Positions 41,670 to 54,107 are shown, counted from the first letter of the whole stretch. The stretch is 63,732 nt of DNA, filler included, from Dugesia japonica (GCA_001938525.1; 6 parts of 6 records of this genome joined end to end with filler, not necessarily neighbours in it), one strand, 5' to 3'. The notes: generated by a model from the letters alone, not told the origin. Translations and numbers: made by a program.

Positions 41670-41807
41670 TGTGTCGCTTAAATATCAAAATGAAGACTGG
41701 ATGGTAAAATATCCCTTAGCAACAATAGGTTTTGGATATGGAATACCGTCATTGATTGTAACTATTTCTGGATGTATTTACTGGAAAGATTATATATCGA
41801 ATGACGT
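41670..41807 (+). CDS. Single exon of an adhesion/secretin-class GPCR (TM4 and ECL2 start)
   Basis: tttag|...|gtaag boundaries. Reads VSLKYQNEDWMVKYPLATIGFGYGIPSLIVTISGCIYWKDYISNDV, matching the 7tm_2 TM4 pattern GYG.P..IV.IS. Other exons were not identified. Confidence 0.65.
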
Positions 41808-42109
41808 GTAAGATTATTTATTTATATTTTTTTATTTTTATATAAATTTTTTCTTTATAAATAATAATTAAAATTTATTATTTGGGATATATTTTTTCAT
41901 GACAATTGGTGGGAAAATGTTGTTTTTACTTATTTGATTATTTAAAAATATTCTACCGTTTCTAAAACTTTTTAATTTTAATTAAAAAATTTTAAAAAAC
42001 GCCAAATTATTTTAATAATTACAATGACTATTGTAAGAGAAATTCATAGATTTTTATATATCTGAGAGGTTTTTTAATATTATATATATATATATTAAAA
42101 TTTATTTTT

Positions 42110-44200
42110 ATGAAAACTTTAAACCAAACAGAAGAATGTTACACAAATATGAACAGACAGTTTTGTTATCAGAACAAAAATGGACAGGCCAGAAAAAAAT
42201 TCGAAAATGGTAAACAAATATAATATTCAAATAATACGAATAACTACACAAAAAGTAATGGAAGTCACGTTAATTCAATTGACAAAAAAGGTAAAGATTG
42301 TTCATGTAGAGAAGACAAAGGCCACTTTTGTAATGAAGGATTGAATACTTATCAAGATGAATACCAAATGGCCAAGCTCTGATCGAAGTCGTGATTATCG
42401 GAGTGTTGAATTAAGTATCCAAATAAAATGCAGTATTCTTAATTATAGTAAAAGTAGTATAAATAAAAGAAAGGAAGATAAACTAGTAGATGGGTACAAT
42501 AATATAAAAGAAAAAGTTTACAAATTTGTAAAGAAAGAATTGATTAGAAGAAAACCAGAAATTATCAATGATATAAATTGAGAAGATGGCAGTGAAATTC
42601 TGACGATAGAAGAGATAAAGCGACAAGAAATAAGTTATTAGAAGATGCATGCTAGACTAAGTATAACGGTTAAAATACAAGGCGTAAAAGTTAATTGCTT
42701 ATTAGGCACTGGAGTAAAAGTTAATGTGATGAATTTGAGAATTTTGGAAAGATTGGGTAAAGTCAACATATTACAAAGTGAAAACAATTTAAGATGTGTC
42801 AATAATAGTCCGCTCGAAATAGTAGGTATGATAATTGTAGAAGTAGAATTCGAGAATAAAAGCGAAACAGTTAAATGCATTGTATTAAAACAGATACATT
42901 CAAATCTAATAGGAGAAATAATAATTACAGAAACAGTTTGGATTCCAACTGCTGAGAGAGAATAAATATGGACAATGAAATGTATCATTGTAATATAGAA
43001 GCAAAGTATGGACGCAGTACAACGGATAAAGAGAGAGTACAGAAAGCAATAAAAATATTTATTAACAAGCCAAACGAGAATTTGGAGAATGTTGTAATGA
43101 TTTATAAAAGAAATATTCATGGCAGACAACTGGGATATTGGCAGAACAACAATGACAGAACATCAAATAATCACAAATGAAGAACTAATAAATACGAAAC
43201 CATGGAGACAACTCATTCATTTAGAGAATAAAATCGATGAAGCTATCAAGAATTTGTTTGAAAATGGCATTATTAGGAAGTGTAATTCAAAATAGAACAC
43301 TCTGGTAATATATTGAGAAAAATATTGAGAAAAGATAAAAAGTGAAGACAATTTAAGATGTGCCAATAATAGTCTTCTCAAAATAATAGGTAAAATAGTG
43401 GTAGAGGTGGAATTTGAGAATAAAAGTGAAACAGTAAAATTTATTGTGGTGAAACATATACATCCAGATCTAATGGAAAGAATAAAATTACAGAAACAGT
43501 TTGGATTCCAACTGCAGATAGAGACTAAATGTGAGGTTAACCAAATGTATCTTTGTAATACAGAAGCCAAATGAGATTTTAGAGAAAGTTATAATGATTC
43601 AAAAAGAATATTCATGGCAGGCAACTTGAATATTAACAGAACAACAATAGTAAAGCATCAAATAATCAACCTATAAATACAAAACAATGGAGACAATCAA
43701 TGCACTTAGAAAATAAGATAGATGAAGCTATCAAGAATTTAGAAAACTGAATGCAACCACAGAAAGACAAGCATTTCTAATGCCCAATGTAGAGGAAATA
43801 CTGGACAGTTTGAGTGATACAATATATTTTAGTACTATTGATTTCGGTAATGCATACTATAAAGATTCACAATAGAAAACAGTATTTTCTACGAAAATAG
43901 ACAGTATTTTTCACAAGAATGCCTTTTAGTATAGCTGCAGCACCTAGAACGTTTCAAGAATTAATGACAGAAGTATATGGAAAATTAAGAGGAACGATGG
44001 TATACATGGATAATATATTGATATTTACAGAAAATTTAGAGCAGCACTATGGAATTTTTGTCAACTTTTTAAAAGTATTCAAAAATCAGCATTGAGAATT
44101 AATCTGGAAAATGTCATTTATTGAGAGTAGAAGTCAAATTTTTAAACATGTCATAAAAAAGAATGGAGTTAAAATTGATCCAAAAAAATTGAAGCGATAT
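42110..44200 (+). mobile_element. Ty3/Gypsy pol remnant (protease, RT) with an internal duplication
   Basis: Protease VNCLLGTGVKVNVM (D->G in D-T-G). RT fragments FLMPNVEEILDSLSDTIYFSTIDFGNAYY, RMPFSIAAAPRTFQELM and VYMDNILIF. Segment ~42775-43255 is repeated at ~43340-43740. Confidence 0.85.
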
Positions 44201-44579
44201 CTAAAAATACCCATAGATTAAAAATTGAAAAAATTAATTTTGAAAATTTGGGATGTTCAATTGATTTAAACAATTTTTAATTTCATATTATTTAAACAAC
44301 ATGGGTTGTTCATCCGGATTCCTATAAATAATTACAAAAACATTTTCCTAAATAAAAAGCTTGAAAATCGTTTTTCAAAGTAAAAAGCATAAGAAACGTT
44401 TCCACTTAAAAGGTTTAAGAAATGCTACTGCTTAAAATGCCTAAAAAATATTACCGCTTAAAAATCATAAAATAATAAATCTTTTATAAATAATTTTTTT
44501 ATTAGGTTAGATGAAAATTTAGGAAATTCACAATATTGATTAGACATATTCTTTTTATATATCGTATTTTATTTTAGCA

Positions 44580-45477
44580 ACATGCTTGCAATATAAAAAA
44601 TATTGTTCAAGCTCTTTCCATCTAAGAAACTGTCTTGATATTATGAAAGTATATTATGTTCAGACATTTTCTGGAACAAAATATTACATATAACAAATTG
44701 TAAAACATTAGGTTTACGTATATATGAATGTTTTTATAAGTTACACACAGACCACATTGCACAATTTAAAACAAATAAAAAACCACTTTTAAAGAAAGTA
44801 CTTGCAGAAACCGATATAAACGCTCCTCCAACTAAGAGCACGACAGGAACATGTATTAGATCATCCGCCGGCAAATATAATTAACAATGTAAGAAATACT
44901 GAGGAAATAGAAAATATAGTTCTTAGGAATTATTTGAATGAAAACGGATGGAATTATAATGAAATAGATGAAGATAACAAAATATTTTGAAGAAGAGGAA
45001 GAATTTCTAAACCAAGTCGGTAAATCATTTGGTGAACCTGAAATAGAAAAATACTCGTACGGATGCCACAAGATTTTTACGCATGTTGTTTCTTGTTATA
45101 ATATTAAAGAAATAATTTTAGCATTAATTAACAAATTAATAGACATAATCAAAGAACTGCAACAAGTTAAAATGCGATTTGGACTTAATGTTGAATTTGT
45201 TTGAGATAAAGATATATAAACTTGTAGAATCTCAAATTGAGCAGTTCCTTTGAGCGAAAACATTTCGAAGAAGGTTTAGAAATAAAACCCATTAGAAATA
45301 AAACTGGTTCAAGCGGAAAATCAACCGTATTTTGGAAATTAATTTCAAAATAACTTAAGTCAGCAATATCAGTAGACTTCCCGGAAGTAGTTTCATTCAC
45401 ACACAAAAAATTCTCAAAGAAAAAACAGCCATTATTAATGTCAAAAATAATGACAATTTATGTTTTATATACAGCAT
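44580..45477 (+). pseudogene. Polinton pPolB N-terminal fragment, truncated
   Basis: Ends in AIINVKNNDNLCFIYSI, homologous to GVINIENKDNKCFLYSI of the 49970 ORF. It stops exactly at an AGTAGGTGGATAG terminus (45478). The left boundary is approximate. Confidence 0.6.
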
Positions 45478-48303
45478 AGTAGGTGGATAGATACACACTG
45501 GGTCACTTATGATATTTTTTTGACTTCTGTGCATTTTTATAAAATATTCAGTGACTTGTAACCTGTCGCACCTAGGTTTTTATTTGTTTATTTTTCTTTT
45601 AAATACATAATTATTAGTCAGTAAAATCAATNATTTGACCATAAGTTATACATCATTATATGAAAATATGAGTTTCATTATTGGAGAATAATGGACTTAC
45701 CATAGAAAGAATTGTGGACTTATAATAGAAAATACAAATTTTACCATTAGAAAATATGAATTTGGTCATAGATAATATTTAATAGAGTAAATCTAGTCAC
45801 TAATTATACTGCCTTTATTATATAAATAGTCAATTAAGATACTTAATTTACCTACTTTTGTCAATTTTTACTTATTTTTCAACCAATCTCCTACGTTAGC
45901 CATTTTCTGCCATTTTTTCCCCAATAATTTCCTAATTTACCCATATTTATCCACATTTAACTATATTTTCACTTATTTTCTACCATTTTCCTTCATTTAN
46001 CAAATTTTCTCTATTTTCTAATGGGTTTTAATGCATATTTTCACTCCATATTTCGATAAACCCCACTTGACTAATCTTTAAAAAATCTCATATATTTATA
46101 AAAGAAGACAATAAAAGAAGACTGTGCGAGACTTAGTGTGATATGCTTATTATTTAAAATAATATAATTATTCCATGATATTTTAATAATCTTATTATAC
46201 TTCTGCTTCTCTGCTTGCTCATTTGGCAACCCTTCTTCGACTTTAGTTTTATGAGTTTCTTTTTATTTTTAATACTTAATATTCAGATATATTGTTAAAG
46301 AATAAAAGTTCAACATAGAAAGTACTCGATTCATCATTAGAAATATTAGTTTCAATAAGTAAAGTGATGGTCTCATCATTGGAAATATCGGGTTTTTCAT
46401 GAACATATGAGTTTAATAGAAAGTACAGTGATTTTTAATTTAATTAAACTTTATTAAATTTCCTTTGAAAAGACTTTATATTTATGTATGAGATGGGCAG
46501 ACTCAAATTCATGGGCATGTGATTTTTAGTGTATATATTTTGCATCTGAGTTGCATCTGAGTTGCATACCAATTGCATTTATTAAAAAATCAATAAAAAT
46601 TCTCAGGCATGGGATTTTCAGTGTATGTGTATTGCATCTGAGTTGCATTTGAGCTGCAAACCTATTGCATTTATGAATAAAAATTCCCAGGAACGTTATT
46701 TTTAGTGTATATGTGTTGCATCTGTGTTGCAACTTTATTGCACACATACTGCATTCATTAATAAAAGACTATTTACAATAAGAAACATTTATTACAACAA
46801 CTGTTTTTATTTTCTTCTTCTTTAAAGTTTCTTTCTTTAAATGGATTTCTATTGGTTCCTCACTTTTCATTGGTTTCTAGTTTGTTTCTGTCCCTTCTAC
46901 AACCAATAAAAGTACACATACATACACAACAAGTATATAAATAGAGATTATTTTAAATATTTCATTATTTATAAAATGTTAGATATTCACAATTCATCAC
47001 ACAAGCAATATAAAATGCTCAAGCAGATAGATATATGCAACAAAGATAATGAAGATAATGTAGATTCTCTACCCAATAAAGGATACAAAGTGTTGTCAAT
47101 CAAGCCTATACACTGAACGATATGGACAATTTGAATAGGTGCATATTTAATAAAGCAGAGAGGATAAAAAGAGAATAAAATTTGGAACCAATTATGAATC
47201 CAATGACAGAAATATCCAACAACGAAATTTTGTTGTATCAATATAAATTGGAGACAAAAGTACAAAATGTCTTCATGCTTTGATAGAAATTTAATTTCTT
47301 GATAGTTTGGTGGTAATATTATTATTAATGTTAATGCAATAATTATTATTTAATTAGGTATTAAGAAAAGAAGAAAGCATTAATAAACTTCAATTCGATC
47401 CAAACGTTCTTGAAAACATGAAATTTTTGATGAAAAACTTGGTAAAGTTTTTTGAACTTGATCCGCCAACAGCAGCTATCGAGATTTATAAGGAAGACAA
47501 GTAAACATTACTAATAAATTGAACATGGATATACAATGTCAGAGTCCTGAGATAATCCATGTAAACAGAACAAATGTTAAAATACAAGCTCTATCCATTG
47601 CATTTAGTGTAGATAGAAAGATAAATAGAGGTAATATTTTTTTATTCATGTAAATTTATTAATTATTAGTTTAGATCCAGTGCGCAATGTCAAACAATCA
47701 CACCAACATCTTGTTTCTAGGTTGTAAAAGACTTTATTTGTTAAGTGTTGTAAATACTTTGTATACTTTTATATGTTGTTGTTTTTTCAATTTTATATAA
47801 TAAATCTTATTTTAAACATATAGTTTTAATTAAATCTTATAATTAAATAAAAAATCTTTTTTTAAATTACTTTCTTGAATTGTTGGTAATATTTTTAATT
47901 CGGATACAAAATAATTTCTTTCAATATTTTCCAGCATTTCTTCTTTCACAAGGTCCAAATTCATTATTAATGTACATTTAAACTAATTTTGTTTATATTT
48001 AATATGCTATCGTCATGTACAATCCATGTTTGCAATAAAAAATAACTCAATAAATTATAAAAAAACGTAATAAATAATAAAAGAAAACAAACGATAATAA
48101 CAACTTTTATTTAAATAAATGCAATAATGTACAATTTTGGTCCTAAAGACGACCGGTTATACGTTCACAAATGTTTTTTTGAGAATAATTTCTGTTTTTA
48201 GTCATAATCTAAATAAAAACAATTAAAATAACATTTTTAAAAAAATACCGTTTTTTACTAGACTTGATTGAATGACCGGTTTTATGGAAAAATCTATTTA
48301 ATA

Positions 48304-48960
48304 CTAGTTTTCATATGGGACACTACTATTTTTATTAATCCATACCAGCTTATTGTCCGTGTTTTTTAATACTATTTTATTTGACTTAATGCTATACAAT
48401 TGGTGATTTTTGGTGTTTATTCGAAAATAATTTACCGAGACTGATTTGTTCTTATTATAACAGTCAAGATAAGACTGATGAGATATTTTTGTATCCTTTA
48501 ATGATATGCCTTTGGCTCTCATGCTGTTCTTATCTCCGAGCAGGCTATAGCATTTCGGTCTCAAAAAATATCCATTCTTGATACTTCTTCACTTTATTCT
48601 CATCTTTGAATTTCCCAATAACTGAGTTCATGCTGTTAATATAAACGGTATGATCTTTATCATAATTTGAAGTATCAAGTAGCTGATCTCTCACTATACT
48701 TGCTGTTATTTTTCTAATTTAGTATTTTTTTATTTCTAGACATAAACTATCCGTACAGCCGGCTAAAATATTAATTTTACAAATAAATTCCTTCCTATAC
48801 TTGTCCAACTCAATGTACTGCAGTTCATACATTCTCAATTTTGAGAGGTCAAATAAAGTTTGTCCTATGTAGCTCAAACGATAAAAAAAAACTTACTCCT
48901 TATTGAGAAAACCCACTATCAAATCATCATCACTTTTAGTTGTTTTCTTAAATCCGGCTT
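48304..48960 (-). pseudogene. Polinton pPolB C-terminal fragment, intein-free motif C
   Basis: YIGQTLFDLSKLRMYE, ILAGCTDSL (motif C), LDTSNYDKDH, IGKFKDE, LRPKCYS, RAKGI, K..L...DNK..W. Confidence 0.85.
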
Positions 48961-49038
48961 TTTATGTACATGTAATATATATAATATATGAGTAATAGCA
49001 AATATACGTTTTTAAGCCAGGGGGTACCCTAGCCTTAA

Positions 49039-49280
49039 CATGAAAAATGTCAAATGAAAATATCGAGTGAAATATTTTTTATGAAAAATGTCAAATGAAA
49101 ATATCGAGTGAAAAATATCGAGTGAAAATATCGAGTGAAAAAATCGAGTGAAATATTTTTTATGAAAAATGTCAAATGAAAATGTCAAATGAAAATATCG
49201 AGTGAAAATATCACAGGAATAACACACGAATAACACACATCAATATCACACGAAAATATCGACACGAAAAATATCGAATG
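49039..49280 (+). repeat. Subterminal tandem repeats of the Polinton end
   Basis: Mixed ~13-bp units GAAAATATCGAGT and GAAAATGTCAAAT, with a higher-order duplication. Confidence 0.85.
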
Positions 49281-49439
49281 ACCAAATTAAAAATATCCGA
49301 TTTAAGAGGAAAATTGCGTGAGACATTTAAGAGGATGTAAAATGTTGTATGCGGCATTTAAGAGGAATAATAAAAAATGTAATGAAAAATAAAACTACCC
49401 CGTTTTAGAAGGTGTTTGATTAAATTAATTCTATAGAAA

Positions 49440-52400
49440 ATGAGTGATATAAATAGATGTCCTAATTGTAGAAAGTTGTTTAAAAATTTGGCTGGGTTAA
49501 CAAGTCATGTTAGATCTCGAACTTGTTTCATAGAAGAAAGAACATTTTGATGTGAAAGATGTCATCGAACATTTAATACAGAAATTGGATTACGAGAACA
49601 TTTAAATTCAACAAACTGTGGAAATCCAAATAATGTACCATTAAGTTGTTTAATATGCAAAAAAACTTTCTTATATCAAAATCATGCAAAAGCACATTAC
49701 AATTCTAACAAACATAAAGAAATGTTTAATAGAGTTTTATTTGGAGAATTGCCTGGCGAAGAAGCAATTGATTTCGATCCAGAAATTAGAGATCTTTTTA
49801 GACAATACAAAGATTATCAAATTGAATATTTTAAGGAAAGTAAAGTGTTAATGAAAAAGAAAGTAGAAGAAATAATTGACACACCAATTAGAGATATTAA
49901 CACATTTCAAAATAAGTAAAAGAAATTATTACTAAATATTTTAATTATGGAAAAAAGATTGTTATAAGCATGTCAGTAAAATGTAGATATACAAAAGACA
50001 CAAACAATGAAAATGTTGAAAGAGATTTTAATTCATATACAAAGAATAAACGATTTCCAATTCTAGGTGAAATTGAAAATGGTGTAAACGAAATGTTAAA
50101 TGAATTACAAAGATATATTGAATATGAAGATCGAGAAGGATCAGGATGGACAATGAAGCATATTGTGGATTATAAAATTGATTTAAGTAAATATCATTCG
50201 TTAGCTGGAGCAACATATTGCAAATTTCCATTTAAAAAACCAGGTGTAATCAACATAGAAAATAAAGATAATAAATGTTTTCTATATTCAATCTTAGCAC
50301 ATAAACATCCAATTGATCATCCAACACGTGAAGAGAATTACATTCCACATTTATCAGATTTAAGATATCACGGTTTTAAATTTCCTATGAATATTGATGA
50401 CATAAAAAAATTCGAGAAATTAAATAATTTAGAAATAAATGTATTTGGTGTAAATGCTAATAAAAAACTTGAACCATTACACATTTCACATCATATAATA
50501 AAACCAACACCAGAAGAAAATAAATGTAATTTGTTGGTGTATAAAGACCATTATATTTTATGTAGAGATCTAACCGTATTTTTCGCAACAAATAGTAATA
50601 AAAATTATCGATGCATTCGATGTATGAATTGTTATTCCACTGAAGAATTATTAATTAAACATCAAGAAGCATGTATTAAACATAAATCAAATAACATTGT
50701 TTTTCAATATATTGATTATTATTATTTTGACAAATATTATCAGAAAAATAAAATACCATTTATATTTATTGGAGATTTTAAAGCTTATACTAATATACAA
50801 ACTAAAAAACAAAAATCATTATCATTAGGCATTTATCTTCATAGTGATTATCCAGATTTAATTGAAAGTAATTATTATCAATTTTCAGGTGAAAACATTA
50901 ATAATGATTTCTTTGAGTTTTTAGAAGATGTTAATAATGAATTGCAAAATATTAAACAAAATAAATTAATAAAAGAATACACAAATACAAACCATCCAGA
51001 TTTTACACCTGACACAAAATGTCGATTTTGTGAAAATAAAATATATGCAACTCCGGTTAAAGACCATAATTATTTCACAGGAGAATTTCGTGGATGGTCA
51101 TGTAAACAATTTAACTTAAATGACACAAGTGTAAAACATTTGTTTATACCATTTTCTTTTCATAATGCATCTGGTTATGATAACCATTTATTCTTTAAAG
51201 AATTATTAATAAAATTTCCATCAAAGGTAAAAAAAATATTACCTCACACAAGCGATAATTACATTTCATTTCAATATAAAGATATTAAATTTTTAGATTC
51301 AAACAGATTACTTCCATTCACACGAGTTGAAACAATGGGGGTATTATTAACACAATCAAATAATTATCTAATATTAAATTCATTTGATTTAAAACCAAAG
51401 AAAGCACATTTCCCACATGATTATGTAGAAGGAAATAATATCACAGAAGTTGAAGAAATGTTAAAATCAAATCAAATACCAAAGAAGATTTTTACAATAT
51501 ACTTACACAAAAAAAGATATCCGATCAAGATTATGCTGCATTTTTAAATGACTTCGAAGATTTTGAAAATATGTGGGATTACATGATGCATTATAGGAAA
51601 CTTGATGTTTTAATTCTTGCAGATTTCTTAGAACACTTTCGAGATTCATGTTTAAATAATCTTCTTCGATTAGATCCATGTTCTTGGGAAACAGAAATGT
51701 TAAATTCAAATGTTAAATTAAAATATGCAAAACCTGAAACATATTACACTTTCTTATTAATTGAAGAAGGTATTAGAGGTGGATATTCTGGAGTATTAGG
51801 TGAAAGACAAGTATTTAGTCACAATTCTAATAAACCTTACAGACAAATAAATAAAGCACAAGGAGAAGATATATCAAAAATGGTACGTGAAGGAAAAAAT
51901 ATTCCAGATGAATATTTTGAAGATACATTTATAAAATATATTGATGAAAATTCCTTATATGCAAGTTGTATGACATGGCCATTACCAACAGGTGAAATGT
52001 GTGAATCTCATAATTTAGAATATGAAAAAGCAAGTGAAGTATTAAATTATATTTATGAAGTCGATTTAGAATATCCCCCAGAAATACATGATAAGACAAA
52101 ATATTTTCCATTATGTCCAGAAAGAATAAATATTACAAAGGACATGTTAAGTAATTATCAAAAGAGTTTCAAAAAGAAATTACCAGAGGAAAATATTAAA
52201 CTTACACTAAATCAATTTGACAAGAAAAATATGCAGTACTAGGCTCCACTTTATATTTATATTTAAAACTTGGAATGAAATTAATAAAAGTACACAAGAA
52301 AATTTTAATGAGAACATCTTCATGGTTTAAAGATTATGTTCATAAATTAGCAGCATTAAGAAAAGAAGCCAAAAGAAATCGTGATGTTTTTGGTGATTAT

Positions 52401-54031
52401 ATTTATAAATTAATGATAAAAGCTTTCTATGGAAAAACACTAGAAAATATTAGGAATAGGTGCAACATAGAAATAGTAGATAATGACAGTGATTATCAAA
52501 AGTTCTCATCTAAAATAAATTTTAAATCAAGTAAACATTTTACAAAAAAATGATAATAACGAAGTCAGTGTTGCAGCAATGCACATGGTAAAAGGTAAAT
52601 TGAGATATAATAAATTTCCTTATATTGGATTTACAATTCTCGAACATGCAAAACGAGTAATGCATGAATTTGTATATACGAAAAAATGCAACCTTTAATT
52701 GGAGAAGATAACTATAAAATTCATTACAGTGATAGTGTTACATCAAACACTCCAATAATACTACGAAAAAATAATAAAGTTGAAATAAAAAAGATTTCAG
52801 AAATCTCAACATGTTATACAAAACACTTTGATGGCAAATATTATTCTTATCCAGAAAATTATGAGATATGGACGAAAAGTAACTGGGTCAAATTAAATAA
52901 AGTAATTAAGCATTCTACAATTAAAAAGATTTATAGAGTTAAAACTAAAATAGGAATTATAGATGTGACACAAGATCATTCATTATTAAATGACAAAGGT
53001 GAACAAATAAAACCAACAAATGTAACAAATGAAACTAAATTACTTCACAATAAAATATTTAAAGCAAACAATGAAAAAAAATATTTATAAAATTTTATCT
53101 GATATTTATGAGAATGAACCTAATGATTTAAATTTAAAGGCGGCTTTTATAGACGGTTTCTTTCTTGGAGATGGATCAGCAGGAATTTATAATTATAAAT
53201 CAGGAGTAAAATATTGTTGTACATTTAATAATCAAGATTTATATTTATTAAATAAAATAAAAAATTTCATAAAGAAGTTTATGATAAAGAAACAATGATT
53301 TTTCGATACAATGAAATCATCCCATGTTTATAAACTTCATTTACAAAACCCTATAAAACATGTGAAGTATTATTCTAAAGATTATTATAATGAATTTGAA
53401 AAGAGTAAAAAAATTCCAGAATATATTTTAAATGCATCATTTGACATTAGATATTGGTTCTTTGTAGGCTTTTATGCGGCAGATGGCACTAAAACGTTCA
53501 ATGGAAAAAATAGTTATAGAAAAAACTGTTAGATTTTTAAGAGAAGGATTAGAAGATGATTATGACATTTAAACTGAAGATGGATCATTTAATTGCGGAT
53601 TTCCATTAATAATAAAAAATACGGATTGTGTTTTTACTGAGATAAAAGGGAGAGAAAATTTAACAAAATTAGAAAGTAGGAAATGATTTGTTTCAGATGA
53701 AAGATGAAAAGCCTGATTCTGAAATAATACAATGTGATTTTATAAAAGCAAAAAGTTATGGATATTCATATAATGATAATCAAGGAAATTTGGAATTTGA
53801 ATCAAAAAATAAGGGTATTAAAAAAAGTAAAAAATGATGATGAAAAATTTTGATGATGTTTTAAAAGATTCAAAAGAAATAGTTTATGGAACTAATTGTT
53901 CATTAAAATCTAAATTACATGAAATTCAATTAGTAAAACAAAATAATATCGCATTAGTGGGATATGATGATAAAAGAATTATAGAAGATAATGCAACAAA
54001 AACATGGCGACATGGAAATCAATATGAATGA
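49440..54031 (+). pseudogene. polB: Protein-primed family B DNA polymerase (pPolB) with N-terminal C2H2 fingers, endonuclease VII-like module and intein; frameshifted
   Basis: ATG at 49440. Motifs in order: three C2H2-like fingers, EGSGW, INIENKDNKCFLYSI, CRFC...DHNYFTGEFRGWSC, exonuclease FHNASGYDNHL and FLDS, GIRGG, motif A YIDENSLY, YEVDLEYP..IHD, motif B YKLMIKAFYGKTLEN, motif C YSD|intein|TDC, KAKSY, KNKGI, YDDKR. Several stops and frameshifts. Confidence 0.92.
52734..53620 (+). mobile_element. Intein with LAGLIDADG homing endonuclease inserted at PolB motif C (degenerate)
   Basis: Block A SVTSNTPIILR; block B IDVTQDHSLL (TxxH); blocks C/E FIDGFFLGDGS and FFVGFYAADG; block F/G YDI*TEDGSFNCGFPLIIKN, followed by +1 Thr (TDCVF). 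Confidence 0.92.
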
Positions 54032-54107
54032 GAAAATTGTGAAATTTGGCATTTAAGATTAGATCTAATAAATAAAACATTAACATGTATATTTTTATTA
54101 TAATAAA

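Noticed and set aside
49039-49280. Possible CRISPR-like array
   Set aside because: There are no unique spacers. These are simple tandem units at a Polinton end in a eukaryotic context.
49440-54031. Programmed frameshifting or alternative genetic code in pPolB
   Set aside because: Breaks are numerous, of mixed type and often in homopolymers, consistent with neutral decay or sequencing error.
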